Source: Actinomycetota bacterium
GTDB taxonomy: Bacteria > Actinomycetota > Actinomycetes > S36-B12
Direction: 5' to 3'
Assembly: GCA_016717115.1 (NCBI GenBank)
Contig: JADKGE010000003.1
Span: 21,037 to 85,036, forward strand
Length of the DNA: 64,000 bases
Shown here in pieces: positions 47,267 through 56,167 of the stretch; the first letter of the stretch is position 1; the number at the start of each line of letters is the position of its first letter. Under the pieces are notes generated by a model. The model did not search any database, was not told the origin of the DNA, and saw only the letters and a list, made by a program, of their open reading frames with translations. The position numbers and the translations under genes were made by a program.

Positions 47267-48277
47267 ATGACGCTGCGACTCGCCGACTCCTGGATCTGGG
47301 ACTCCTGGTACGCCTTCGATGGCGAACTGCATCACGCCTTCTACCTTCGTGCTTCCAGAGACCTCGGCGATCCGGAACTGCGCCACCGCCACCCGCACGT
47401 CGGTCACGCCACCTCGTCTGACCTTCGCAACTGGACCGTCCTGCCGGATGCGCTGTCACCGAGCGAGGAGCCGGCGTTCGACGACTGGACCACCTGGACA
47501 GGCAGCGTGGTCCGCGACGAAAGCGGCACCTGGTGGATGTTCTACACCGGCTCCACTCACTCCGACGGGGGGCTCGTCCAGCGCGTCGGAGCGGCGACGT
47601 CAGAGGACCTGATCACATGGACCAAGGCGAAGGATGTGCCCATCCTCGAGGCCGACTTCCGCTGGTACGAGGAACTCGACACCGACTTTTGGCACGACCA
47701 GGCGTGGCGAGACCCGTTCGTGTTCCAGCACAACTTCGGTATGTGGCACATGCTGGTCACCGCTCGGACAAAGACCGGGCCCACTCGCGACCGGGGTGTT
47801 CTCGGACACTGCGTCTCCCGGGACCTGCGTCACTGGACAGTGCTGGAGCCGCTCACGCCACCGGGAGCCGGATTCGGCCAGATGGAGGTCGCGCAGGTCG
47901 AGGAGGTCGACGGCACCCCGACCCTGCTCTTCTCCTGCGGAACAGCCGAACTCAGCGAAGAGGCACGCAGCCGCTACGGCTCGGGCGGAGTGTTCAGCGT
48001 CACCGGGCCCTCCACCCTGGGGCCGTTCGACATCACCACGGCGACGCGCTTCCCGACAGACTCCGTCTACGCGGGTCGCCTCGTGCAGCACAACGGGTCT
48101 TGGGGGCTCATCGGCTTCCGCAACATCGAGAACGATGAGTTCGTCGGAGAGATCACCGATCCCACGCCGGTGACCAGCATCCCGGGCCTGGGACTGATAC
48201 CGACCGACGCGTTCGGCCGAAGCCTCCGAGGAACATGGTCGCCCCAAGATCGGCATGAACGTCAAGGTCAGGCCTGA
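47267..48277 (+). CDS. five-bladed beta-propeller glycosidase, GH32/GH68-clan fructosidase-like
   Basis: WIWDSWYAF, WTGSVV, WRDPFVF (RDP motif). 336 aa with no signal peptide. Confidence 0.55.
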   Translation: MTLRLADSWIWDSWYAFDGELHHAFYLRASRDLGDPELRHRHPHVGHATSSDLRNWTVLPDALSPSEEPAFDDWTTWTGSVVRDESGTWWMFYTGSTHSDGGLVQRVGAATSEDLITWTKAKDVPILEADFRWYEELDTDFWHDQAWRDPFVFQHNFGMWHMLVTARTKTGPTRDRGVLGHCVSRDLRHWTVLEPLTPPGAGFGQMEVAQVEEVDGTPTLLFSCGTAELSEEARSRYGSGGVFSVTGPSTLGPFDITTATRFPTDSVYAGRLVQHNGSWGLIGFRNIENDEFVGEITDPTPVTSIPGLGLIPTDAFGRSLRGTWSPQDRHERQGQA

Positions 48278-48500
48278 GCGCACCTACGTCTTCGCCGCCT
48301 AAGGCGACCAGAAGCGTCTCTCGCACCTGCGCTGACTCGGAATGGCTAGGAGGAGCTGCCCGAGCGAACGAGATGGCGTTGGCTTCACACCGTGGGCAGG
48401 ATCAACAGGGTGCAGTTCCGTGCAAGTGGCACTGAACTGCACTCTGCTTGCGCTGAGTTAGTCGAGTTGGGCACGGAACGCGTAGGTCCACCTAGATGCA

Positions 48501-48548
48501 GAGTTGCGCCCTACTTGCGCTCTACTTGCGCTTAGGGGAGCGCAAGTA
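48501..48548 (+). repeat. arm-type repeat cluster inside the right end of the island
   Basis: TACTTGCGC at 48512 and 48523. Variant AGTTGCGCC at 48502. Inverted GCGCAAGTA at 48540. Same motif as at 36961-37053. Confidence 0.6.
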
Positions 48549-48629
48549 GTGACGCTGGGTAGCGCTCGGTGGCAGTGAAGCCGTTGGTATTCAACAGTTC
48601 TTAGGGGCCAGACTTGCACTCTGATTCAA

Positions 48630-48670
48630 CTCGTAATGCGTAGGTCCGGGGTTCAAATCCCCGAGGCGGC
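48630..48670 (+). repeat. tRNA-Thr(CGU)-like 3-prime half, copy 3
   Basis: CTCGTAATGCGTAGGTCCGGGGTTCAAATCCCCGAGGCGGC, 40/41 identical to copy 1, followed by CCCA. The upstream TTCAA cannot form the anticodon stem. Confidence 0.8.
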
Positions 48671-48783
48671 CCCACGTGAAAGTCGTTGCGGCGCAACGCT
48701 ATTCGCCATTCTTTCACTTTCTGGGCGCTGTCGGAATTGACCGATTTGTTGTGCCCTCGCCCTTGCTTTCGCCCTTTTCTATC

Positions 48784-50198
48784 GGTGACGTCCCCGGTGG
48801 TGGTGGGTTTTCGGCCTTGAGCGTGGCGGTGTCTGCGACGTAGTGGGCCATCGTGCAAGGGTCAGTGATGTTCGGACTAGGAACTCACGAGAGGACACCT
48901 TGCACGATGGCTATGGACCAGTCTGCCCTGTTGGAACTGCTGGAGGCGTTGAAGGCTGCCGGAGTGGATGAACGGATCCGGATCGCCGCGCAGAGCATGT
49001 ATCAGGCGTTGATCGACGCGGAGGCTGAGGGCGTGATCGGCGCGGGCTTCTGGGAACGAACGGAGGCCCGCACAGCGGTCCGGAACGGGTCGAGGCAGCG
49101 GCTGCTGTCCACGACGGCCGGGGACCTGGAGCTGCGGATCCCGAAGCTGCGGTCGGGATCGTTCTTCCCGTCGCTGCTGGAGCGCCGGCGCCGGATCGAC
49201 CAGGCGCTGTTCGCGGTGATCATGGAGGCCTACCTGCACGGCGTCTCGACGCGCAAGGTCGACGACCTGGTCAAGGCCCTCGGCGCCGACACCGGGATCT
49301 CCAAATCGGAGGTCTCGCGGATCTGCAAGGACCTCGATGAGGAGGTCGGTGCGTTCCGAGACCGGTCCCTGGCGGAGACGACGTACCCGTACGTGTTCCT
49401 CGACGCGACCTACTGCAAGGCCCGCGTGAACCACCGCGTCGTCTCGCAGGCCATCGTCGTGGCGATCGGCGTGACCGCCGACGGCAGGCGCGAGGTCCTG
49501 GGCATGGACGTCGGCGACAGCGAGGACGGCGCGTTCTGGACCGCGTTCCTGCGCGGCCTGAAGGCCCGCGGACTGACCGGCGTGCAGCTGGTCATCTCCG
49601 ACGCCCATAGCGGCCTGAAGCAAGCAATCGCAGCGGTTCTCATCGGCTCGAGCTGGCAAAGATGCCGCGTGCACTTCATGCGCAACGTCCTCGCGGTGGT
49701 GCCGAAGGGCAACGCCGAGATGGTCGCCGCGGCCATCAGGACGATCTTCGCCCAGCCCGACGCCGAGCACGTGGAGGAGCAGTTCGACGTCATCGCCGGG
49801 ATGCTCGGCCGGCAGCTGCCCAAGGTCGAGGCGATGCTCCGCGAGGCGCAGGACGACCTGCTGGCGTTCACCGGGTTCCCGCAGGTCCACTGGCGGCAGA
49901 TCTGGTCCACCAACCCGCTCGAGCGGGTGAACAAGGAGATCAAGCGCCGCACCGACGTCGTTGGCGTGTTCCCCAATCCCGAGGCGCTCCTGCGCCTCGC
50001 CGGAGCGGTCCTCGTCGAGCAGCACGACGAATGGGCCGCCGCCGATCGCCGCTACTTCAGCGAGCGATCCATGACCCTCGTCACGACCAGCAGCACCGAC
50101 AACGAGGGGCAGGTGACGACACCGGAACTCATGTCGGCATGATCAGAGAACTGACCTGAGCGCGACGAGCGAAAAGCCACCACGCCAGGGGACGTCAC
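48784..50198 (+). mobile_element. IS256-family insertion sequence, apparently intact (1415 bp)
   Basis: Terminal inverted repeats GGTGACGTCCCC... (48784) and ...GGGGACGTCACC (50198), about 26/30 matching. Flanked by the 8-bp direct repeat TTTCTATC (48776-48783 and 50199-50206). Confidence 0.85.
48907..50142 (+). CDS. IS256-family transposase
   Basis: ATG 48907 in frame in ORF 48853..50142. LRIPKLRSGSFFPSLLERRRR, VFLDATYCKARV, VISDAHSGLK, WQRCRVHFMRN, STNPLERVNKEIKRR. Confidence 0.95.
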   Translation: MAMDQSALLELLEALKAAGVDERIRIAAQSMYQALIDAEAEGVIGAGFWERTEARTAVRNGSRQRLLSTTAGDLELRIPKLRSGSFFPSLLERRRRIDQALFAVIMEAYLHGVSTRKVDDLVKALGADTGISKSEVSRICKDLDEEVGAFRDRSLAETTYPYVFLDATYCKARVNHRVVSQAIVVAIGVTADGRREVLGMDVGDSEDGAFWTAFLRGLKARGLTGVQLVISDAHSGLKQAIAAVLIGSSWQRCRVHFMRNVLAVVPKGNAEMVAAAIRTIFAQPDAEHVEEQFDVIAGMLGRQLPKVEAMLREAQDDLLAFTGFPQVHWRQIWSTNPLERVNKEIKRRTDVVGVFPNPEALLRLAGAVLVEQHDEWAAADRRYFSERSMTLVTTSSTDNEGQVTTPELMSA

Positions 50199-50353
50199 CT
50201 TTCTATCCGGCCTGGCGTGCCGTCGCCCTTTCGCTACGCGGCGTCGCATGGGGGCGTGAGAGGCGAAAGGGCGAGGTTGGGGCGAGGACGCCCTCTAAGA
50301 ATTGAGGCTGGACGTGCTCTGGTGCTGTTCAGAAGGACTGCTCCGCGATGATC

Positions 50354-50380
50354 GACCTACGCACATTTGATGCGTAGGTC
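50354..50380. repeat. anticodon-arm-like hairpin sharing the TGCGTAGGTC core
   Basis: GACCTACGCA - CATTTGA - TGCGTAGGTC: a perfect 10-bp stem with a 7-nt loop. The 3-prime arm is identical to positions 8-17 of the 41-nt repeat. Confidence 0.5.
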
Positions 50381-50572
50381 CGAGAGGTTGTTCCGATGGG
50401 CGCAGGCTCGGATGGCGTTGAGTTGCAACGGAGATTCCTGAATCGCCTCCATCTCGAATCGCTCTTCGGAGGTCTTTCGCCCTTTCCTTCGCCCTTTGAA
50501 TTGGCGGGAGCCAGGGCGGGGGTGTTCAGCCGTGCGCATGACCGGGACGCACAACTTGCTGAAGTCCCGAGC

Positions 50573-51040
50573 TCAGGGCGAGGCGGGGCCACTCGCTGGC
50601 GCTGATTCTCTTTCAGGCGACTGCCCAGGTTCGGGGCTGTGTGCGTCCGTGGCCGAGAGGTAGTCCATTCGGTATCCGTCGTCGTCCTTCTGCAGGAGCC
50701 CTTGCTCAACGAGGGCGAAGGGGTCGATCAGGAGGTCCATGCATGCGGGAAGCCCGGCGACGCCACCTCGACGAACCACCAGGACGGCGTAGGGACTGCT
50801 GTCGCTCGCGTCGTGCAGCTTCAGGGCCTACAGCCATTCGCTACGAGACAGGAGGAATGACCCGGTTGTGCTGCTCTTGACCTCAAGGGCCACCGGCTGT
50901 GGATGGCCGGTTCGATCGACGTCCAACCAGCCGAGCATGTCGAATCCGAGAGTGTCGGCGTGTTCGCTCAAGTGAAGCAGACCCCTTCCAGTATCGATTG
51001 AGGAACTCGGAGGGCGCACCTGTCGAGGCCGCCCTGGCAC
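50573..51040 (-). pseudogene. PD-(D/E)xK nuclease-like (DUF3883-type) gene interrupted by an in-frame TAG
   Basis: ORFs 50828..51040 and 50573..50779 are in the same frame. Own translation across the junction: ...VALEVKSSTTGSFLLSRSEWL*ALKLHDASDSSPYAVLVVRRGG...IDPFALVEQGLL. The E-V-K and S-x-x-E-W pattern is typical of this domain. Confidence 0.5.
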
Positions 51041-51307
51041 ACCTCCCAGGCGCGCTCGACCCCAACGCGGACGAGGAGGACCTCATCGCAGATCTGGTGT
51101 GGCCGCACTGGGAAATGCGATCAGTCCGTCACGTGATGCGGGGTGTTGGAGGGCGTGTGTAACGCCTGGGACGGTGGCGAGACTGAATCATGAAGGCGTA
51201 TCCCCGTCGGGGGCAGGATGCGCGAAACCGACCGATGGAGGAGGTCTCCGGTGACGAACGACCTGAATGGGATGGCCCCGGGCGATACGCCGGGTGGAGG
51301 CAATCGG

Positions 51308-51472
51308 ATGAGCGTGGGCAGGCGGGCGGTGCTGGCTTTCGTGGCGGTCTTCGTGGCGAACGGGCTGGGTGGCGGCGACAGGAGGACGTCTGGAGTCCTA
51401 CTCATTGGTGCGGTGGTGGTCGTGATCCTTCTCGTTGGGTCGGCGCGGTGGATCCGCGGACGCCGGACGTGA
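51308..51472 (+). CDS. 54-aa two-TM membrane protein
   Basis: ATG 51308 with GGAGG 7 nt upstream: MSVGRRAVLAFVAVFVANGLGGGDRRTSGVLLIGAVVVVILLVGSARWIRGRRT. High GC3. Confidence 0.4.
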   Translation: MSVGRRAVLAFVAVFVANGLGGGDRRTSGVLLIGAVVVVILLVGSARWIRGRRT

Positions 51473-51584
51473 TCACCACGATGGCAACTGTTGGCGCGAG
51501 GGGCTCTTGGGGCCGTTGGGATCCAGTGAGGGAGCCGGAGCGTCCGGATGACAGCCACGGACGTCCGGAACCGGAACGCACGAG

Positions 51585-52181
51585 ATGACCGATGACGACA
51601 TGGTGGTTCGTGAGCTCCTGCTGATCTGCGGGAGCCTGCGGGCGGCGTCGACCAACATGGCGATGATGCGCACCGTCCTGCAGATGCTGCCTGACGGTGT
51701 CGCGGGCACGCTCTACGAGGGGCTGGCCACCCTGCCTCACTTCGATCCCGACGACGACCACGACCCGCTCCCCGCTGCGGTCGAGTCCCTTCGGGCCTCG
51801 CTGCGCGGCGCGGACGCGATCATGTTCTGTACCCCCGAGTACGCGGGAGGTCTGCCCGGCTCGTTCAAGAACCTTCTCGACTGGACCGTGGGAGGCCAAG
51901 AGATCGAACTGCCCGTCGGGTGGATCAACGTCTCTACGGCTCCCGGGGGAGCGCAACGTGCCCACGAGTCGCTGGGTGTCGTCCTTGGCTACACCGGGGC
52001 GCAGGTCGTCGCAACGGCATGCAAACAAATCCCGGTGCGGCGGGACCTCATTGACTCCGACGGCACCATCGGTGATGAAACGATCCGGTCCGAGGTCTCA
52101 CACGTGATTGCCGAGATCCTCACCCACGTGCCTCGCCAGCATCGGACGGTGGGCGATCAAGGGGCGGGCCTGGGCGGGTGA
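51585..52181 (+). CDS. NAD(P)H-dependent FMN reductase family protein
   Basis: LLLICGSLRAASTN...ADAIMFCTPEYAGGLPGSFKNLLDW is the FMN_red pattern. Confidence 0.8.
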   Translation: MTDDDMVVRELLLICGSLRAASTNMAMMRTVLQMLPDGVAGTLYEGLATLPHFDPDDDHDPLPAAVESLRASLRGADAIMFCTPEYAGGLPGSFKNLLDWTVGGQEIELPVGWINVSTAPGGAQRAHESLGVVLGYTGAQVVATACKQIPVRRDLIDSDGTIGDETIRSEVSHVIAEILTHVPRQHRTVGDQGAGLGG

Positions 52182-52327
52182 AGGTCGCCATGTCCAGAGA
52201 TCGGCGGGTTGACAGGTTGCGGGTGCGCGGCGGCCCTGACAGTGACGACACCGGCTTCGGGCGTCCGAGGCGGGCCCGTGGACGTGTCGGAATAGACTTC
52301 GGCGGTCCTAGGCGAGGAGTTGCCCAG

Positions 52328-53017
52328 ATGAGCACGTCGTCCGCCCGGGAGCCGGTAACGGTCGAGTCCGCGCGTTCCAGAGACGCGGAACTCGTCGGCC
52401 GTTTGCGCGCAGGTGACGCCGCAGCGTTCGCGGAGATCGTGGACGACTGGTCCGCATCCATGCTTCAGCTTGCACGGACTTATGTGTCGACGCGTTCCTC
52501 GGCCGAGGAGATCGTTCAAGAATGCTGGCTCGCGGTGTTTCGGGGCCTGGACGCCTTCGAGGGCCGGTCATCCCTGCGGACGTGGACCTACCGGATTCTC
52601 ACGAACTTGGCCAAGACCCGCGGGGTAAGCGAAGCTCGCGTGCTGCCGTGGGCGCCGGGGGGCGACGACGACCCCGGACCGACGGTGGACCCGAGCCGCT
52701 TCCGCGGGGCCGGCGAGAAATGGGCGGGCGGATGGACCCCCGAGGGCGCGCCGACGTCGTGGGAGCCTTCGCCGGAGTCGGCGCTGATCGGAGCGGAGAT
52801 CCGTTCTCTGCTGTCGGCGGCGCTGTCGCTGCTGCCCGAGCGCCAGCGGCAGGTGGTCAGTCTGAGGGACATCCAGGGAATGTCGGCGGACGAGGCGGGC
52901 GCCCTCATGGGGATCAGCTCAGGCAACCAGCGGGTCCTTCTGCACCGCGGTCGGGCGCGGTTGCGTCTGGCACTGGAGGGGTACTACCGAGACATGACGA
53001 GCGAGGTGATGTCGTGA
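52328..53017 (+). CDS. ECF-type RNA polymerase sigma factor
   Basis: ATG 52328 with GAGGAG upstream (in frame in ORF 52178..53017). Region 2 EEIVQECWLAVFRGLDAFEGRSSLRTWTYRIL. Region 4 LPERQRQVVSLRDIQGMSADEAGALMGISSGNQRVLLHRGR. Confidence 0.85.
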   Translation: MSTSSAREPVTVESARSRDAELVGRLRAGDAAAFAEIVDDWSASMLQLARTYVSTRSSAEEIVQECWLAVFRGLDAFEGRSSLRTWTYRILTNLAKTRGVSEARVLPWAPGGDDDPGPTVDPSRFRGAGEKWAGGWTPEGAPTSWEPSPESALIGAEIRSLLSAALSLLPERQRQVVSLRDIQGMSADEAGALMGISSGNQRVLLHRGRARLRLALEGYYRDMTSEVMS

Positions 53018-53280
53018 TCGAGTCAAAGGCGCAGGAGCCGGATCTCGCCTGCAGGGAGTTCGTCGAGATGGTGACCGCCTACCTCGAGGGGGCGCTCGAC
53101 GAGCAGGCGTCGTTGGCGGTGCAGAGCCACCTGTCGCACTGCCCAGGCTGCGACGTCTACCTCGCGCAGATGCTCGCAACCATCGCGGCGGTCGGGCACG
53201 TACCGGTGGAGTCCTTGAGCTCGACCGCCAAGGCCGACCTCACCGCCGCGTTCCGCGACTTCCACATGCGGGCCCGGTAG
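53014..53280 (+). CDS. zf-HC2 anti-sigma factor (short, cytoplasmic)
   Basis: GTG 53014 (GTGA overlap), in frame in ORF 52522..53280. CREFVEMVTAYLEGAL...HLSHCPGC (H-x3-C-x2-C). 88 aa. Confidence 0.75.
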   Translation: MIESKAQEPDLACREFVEMVTAYLEGALDEQASLAVQSHLSHCPGCDVYLAQMLATIAAVGHVPVESLSSTAKADLTAAFRDFHMRAR

Positions 53281-53548
53281 TCGCCAGTCCGTGGCGGATC
53301 CCTGCCTGCGCTCACTCATGCGGCGCTGTTGCGTCAGGCGATCGCGGTAGTCGCCGGTTCGCCGAGGTTCCGTCAACGCCACAGTCCGCTCGTATGCGGA
53401 ATGGACGTGGCCGGCGACGAGGATGCCGTCATTCGCTGGATGCGTAGGCGCTGGCGCAGCGGGCGGACTCGCGATCGAGGTCGCGGGCGCGGGTGGGGCT
53501 GAACTGGTCGAGGGTTTTCCGTGCGATCGCTGTGTGGGCTGGGGTGGA

Positions 53549-53589
53549 CTCGCAATGCGTAGGTCCGGGGTTCAACTCCCCGAGGCGGC
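53549..53589 (+). repeat. tRNA-Thr(CGU)-like 3-prime half, copy 4
   Basis: CTCGCAATGCGTAGGTCCGGGGTTCAACTCCCCGAGGCGGC, 39/41 identical to copy 1. The upstream GTGGA cannot form the anticodon stem. Confidence 0.8.
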
Positions 53590-53759
53590 CCTGAGTCGTA
53601 ATCCATTGCGCTGCAACAAGTTTCGGCGATTTGAGACGTTCAGTCAAGGTGCCCGTTTCGCCGCCTTTCGCGGACGAAATGCCCCGGAAGTGCCCCGGTC
53701 GTGAGGCCGACTTCCCACATCTACGCGTCGAATGCGTAGGTCGGCGGTTCCAGAAGGAC

Positions 53760-54515
53760 CTACTTGTCGAGTTGGAGTCGGCTCCATGCCACGAGGATCA
53801 GGCTGCAGCTGCCCAGGACGAGCGGGATGATGAGTGCGAGCTGGGTTGGGGAGACGCGCGTTCCTTGGCTCACGGCCCACAGTGCCGGTGCGGCGAAGGT
53901 GAACCAGCCGCCTGTCCCGGCGACCACGGCCACTTGGGAGACGACGAGGATTCCTATGGCTGTCCCGATGCCGGCGAGCACTGACCGGCCGAGTGTGGCA
54001 GCCCATGCTGCGGGTATCGCGATGGTCGCGGTCAGCAGGGTCAACGCAACCTGTCTGCCCATCGCTGGCACGGCCTCGACTGTCACGGCTCCGAGGCCGG
54101 ACACGAGCCCAAAGGCGACCAGTGCGAGCACCAGGGAGACGCTCACGGCTAAGGCCCAGAGCGCGTAGATGATGAGTTTCGCGGCCGCGATCGTGTGGCG
54201 TTTGACAGGCAGGGCGAAGAGTCCGGTGATGGTGCCTTCCCCGAATTCACGACCGAACATCCAGCTCAGCAGCGCTCCGCAGCCGAGCAGGCCGGCGGCC
54301 GATGTGACTTGTGCGGCCGCGGCGAAGTACCCGACCCAGCCTCCTGGATCGATGAGGGGCCCGAGCTTGGCGGCCATCTGGGCGTCCGCCGTCCCGACGG
54401 CGAGCAGCATGGATGCGCAGATCAGTGCGATGCCGAGCACGACGATCACGGTGATTGCTCGCGCTGTCCTGGAGCGGTAGACCTTCAGGGCCTCGGTGAC
54501 TAGCGCCGCGTGCAT
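53760..54515 (-). CDS. ABC-2 type transporter permease
   Basis: 251 aa, 6 TM. Its start overlaps the ATPase stop by 16 nt. Confidence 0.7.
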   Translation of the reverse strand: MHAALVTEALKVYRSRTARAITVIVVLGIALICASMLLAVGTADAQMAAKLGPLIDPGGWVGYFAAAAQVTSAAGLLGCGALLSWMFGREFGEGTITGLFALPVKRHTIAAAKLIIYALWALAVSVSLVLALVAFGLVSGLGAVTVEAVPAMGRQVALTLLTATIAIPAAWAATLGRSVLAGIGTAIGILVVSQVAVVAGTGGWFTFAAPALWAVSQGTRVSPTQLALIIPLVLGSCSLILVAWSRLQLDK

Positions 54516-55228
54516 GGCACCTCCGTGTCGTCGGCGAGTACGAGATCGAAGAAGGAGCGCTCGATGTCAATGCCGCCAGGGTCGAGGTCTCCGATGATTC
54601 GTCCTTGATTGACGACGGAGATGCGATCGGCGATGCGGGCGACTTCGTCCAGGTGGTGGCTGCTCACCAGCACGCCGGCGCCATCCCCTGCGCGGGTCAG
54701 CAGTGCTTCGCGCAGGAGGATCACGCCGGCGGGGTCAAGTCCGTTCGAGGGCTCATCAAGCACGATGATCCGTGGATGGTGCTGCAGGGCGGACGCCAAG
54801 CCGAGTCGTTGTCGATTCCCGAGGGAGAGCGTGCGCGCCCGCCGACCCGCGTAGGTGTCCATGCGAAGTTCGGTCATGGCGGCATCGACCATCGGTGCCA
54901 CGCGCGGGGCGGGGACGCCGTGCAGTCGGGCGCCCAGTGCAAGGTTCTGGCGGACGGTGAGCTCGCCGTAGGCCAGGGGGGACTCCACTAGGTGCCCGAC
55001 CGCGGCCCAGTCGGCCCCGTCGAGGCGCCGGCCCTCGATCGTCACGGTCCCCGCGGTTGGTTTCAGCATCCCGAGCAGGATGCGCATCAGCGTGCTCTTT
55101 CCCGCCCCGTTCAGCCCGACGAGGGCGTGGATCTGACCCGCCACGACGGCGATGTCCATCCCGCGGACACCGGCCCCGTCCCCGTAGAGCCGCACCAGGC
55201 CGCGACCGGCGAGCGCCACGTCAGCCAC
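54500..55228 (-). CDS. ABC transporter ATP-binding protein
   Basis: Walker A GLNGAGKSTL, signature LSLGNRQRLGLA, Walker B IIVLDEP. GTG 55228 overlaps the TetR stop by 8 nt (55219 is an alternative). Confidence 0.85.
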   Translation of the reverse strand: MADVALAGRGLVRLYGDGAGVRGMDIAVVAGQIHALVGLNGAGKSTLMRILLGMLKPTAGTVTIEGRRLDGADWAAVGHLVESPLAYGELTVRQNLALGARLHGVPAPRVAPMVDAAMTELRMDTYAGRRARTLSLGNRQRLGLASALQHHPRIIVLDEPSNGLDPAGVILLREALLTRAGDGAGVLVSSHHLDEVARIADRISVVNQGRIIGDLDPGGIDIERSFFDLVLADDTEVPCTRR

Positions 55229-55799
55229 GACGGTCCTCCAGGACCGCGAGGGCGGCATCGAAGGCCGAACCCAGTGGGAGGTCGTCAGTGAGCGACCATT
55301 CGCGAAGTGCGGCGTTCAATGCGCCCATGACGGCCGCTGCGGCAATGAGGGCATCACGACGAGGCGTGCCCGGCACCGTGAGGGCATCGGCTATCGCGGC
55401 CTCGGTGGCGGCCGCTCCGCGGGTCAGGCTTGCGTGCAGGGTCGGCGTCTTGGCCACGATGCGGACCCGCCTGCGGACTTCCTCTCCGCCGACCTCAGGA
55501 ACGCGTCGCCAAGCCATCTGAATGCCGCGGGCGGCTCGAGTGAGCGGGTCCGAGTGCGTCGGCTGATGGGCGATCTCTTGGCCGATCACCGGATCGTAGG
55601 CGTCGTCGACGAGAGGTCCCTCCTTGGAAGTGAAGTGGCGAAAGAACGTCATCTCCGTGACGCCGGCCCTCGCGGCGATCTGGGCCACGCTTGTCGCCTC
55701 GTACCCCTGAACCTCGAACAGGTCCAGTGCTGCCACCTGAAGCCTCTGCTGGGTGATCTCCCGCTTGCTCGCCACGTCATGAATGTTAGTCACTAACAT
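55221..55799 (-). CDS. TetR/AcrR family transcriptional regulator
   Basis: RLQVAALDLFEVQGYEATSVAQIAARAGVTEMTFFRHFTSKE HTH. ATG 55799 lies inside the operator palindrome (GTG 55775 is an alternative). Confidence 0.85.
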   Translation of the reverse strand: MLVTNIHDVASKREITQQRLQVAALDLFEVQGYEATSVAQIAARAGVTEMTFFRHFTSKEGPLVDDAYDPVIGQEIAHQPTHSDPLTRAARGIQMAWRRVPEVGGEEVRRRVRIVAKTPTLHASLTRGAAATEAAIADALTVPGTPRRDALIAAAAVMGALNAALREWSLTDDLPLGSAFDAALAVLEDRRG

Positions 55800-55808
55800 T
55801 TATGACGT
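55774..55808. promoter_or_regulatory. 35-bp near-perfect palindrome, TetR operator candidate
   Basis: ACGTCATGAATGTTAGTCACTAACATTTATGACGT. The arms ACGTCAT/ATGACGT and AATGTTAGT/ACTAACATT pair exactly, with one mismatched position. Confidence 0.7.
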
Positions 55809-56167
55809 CAACATGCGACCGCATTCATGGGGTCGCGTCTTGGAAGCCCACGAGGGCACTGTGGCGTTCGGTTTCGAGACGATCCGCCCGACCGAGGACG
55901 GTTCCACGTCGAGGCCGGTCGTATCGTCATCAGCAGTCTGCTCGTCGGTTCGATCGCCAGTTTCGCGGGCCGGTTCCTAAGTCAGGCGCTCAAGCCTGGC
56001 CTCAAGGGCATGCAAGGCCAGTCTGATGGTGCTCCGCGGTGGTCCTCATGGTTGCGCCGAGTTCGGATGCGACTCAGTCGGGATCTGGTCAAGGTCCGTC
56101 GTCGGGAGTAGTTTTCCGAGATCGTCCCGGTTAGTGGAGCCAAGGCGGGACGCCCCGGAGGCAGACG

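Larger units (their letters stand above)
36836..48670 (+). mobile_element. integrated genomic island (integrase/excisionase plus sugar-utilisation cargo) bounded by tRNA-half repeats 2 and 3
   Basis: 41-nt direct repeats at both ends. The integrase and excisionase lie next to the left repeat. The same 9-mer (T/C)ACTTGCGC is repeated just inside both ends. No replication or transfer genes are present. Confidence 0.7.

Noticed and set aside
53494-53589. GGGGCTGAAC at 53494 matches the first 10 nt I remember of mycobacterial tmRNA, and the downstream T arm resembles a tmRNA 3-prime end.
   Set aside because: The span is only about 96 nt. There is no tag-peptide reading frame. The 3-prime strand AGGCGGC cannot pair with GGGGCTG, and the obligatory G3:U70 and ...CTCCACCA terminus are absent. 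It is better explained as core copy 4 plus a chance 10-mer.
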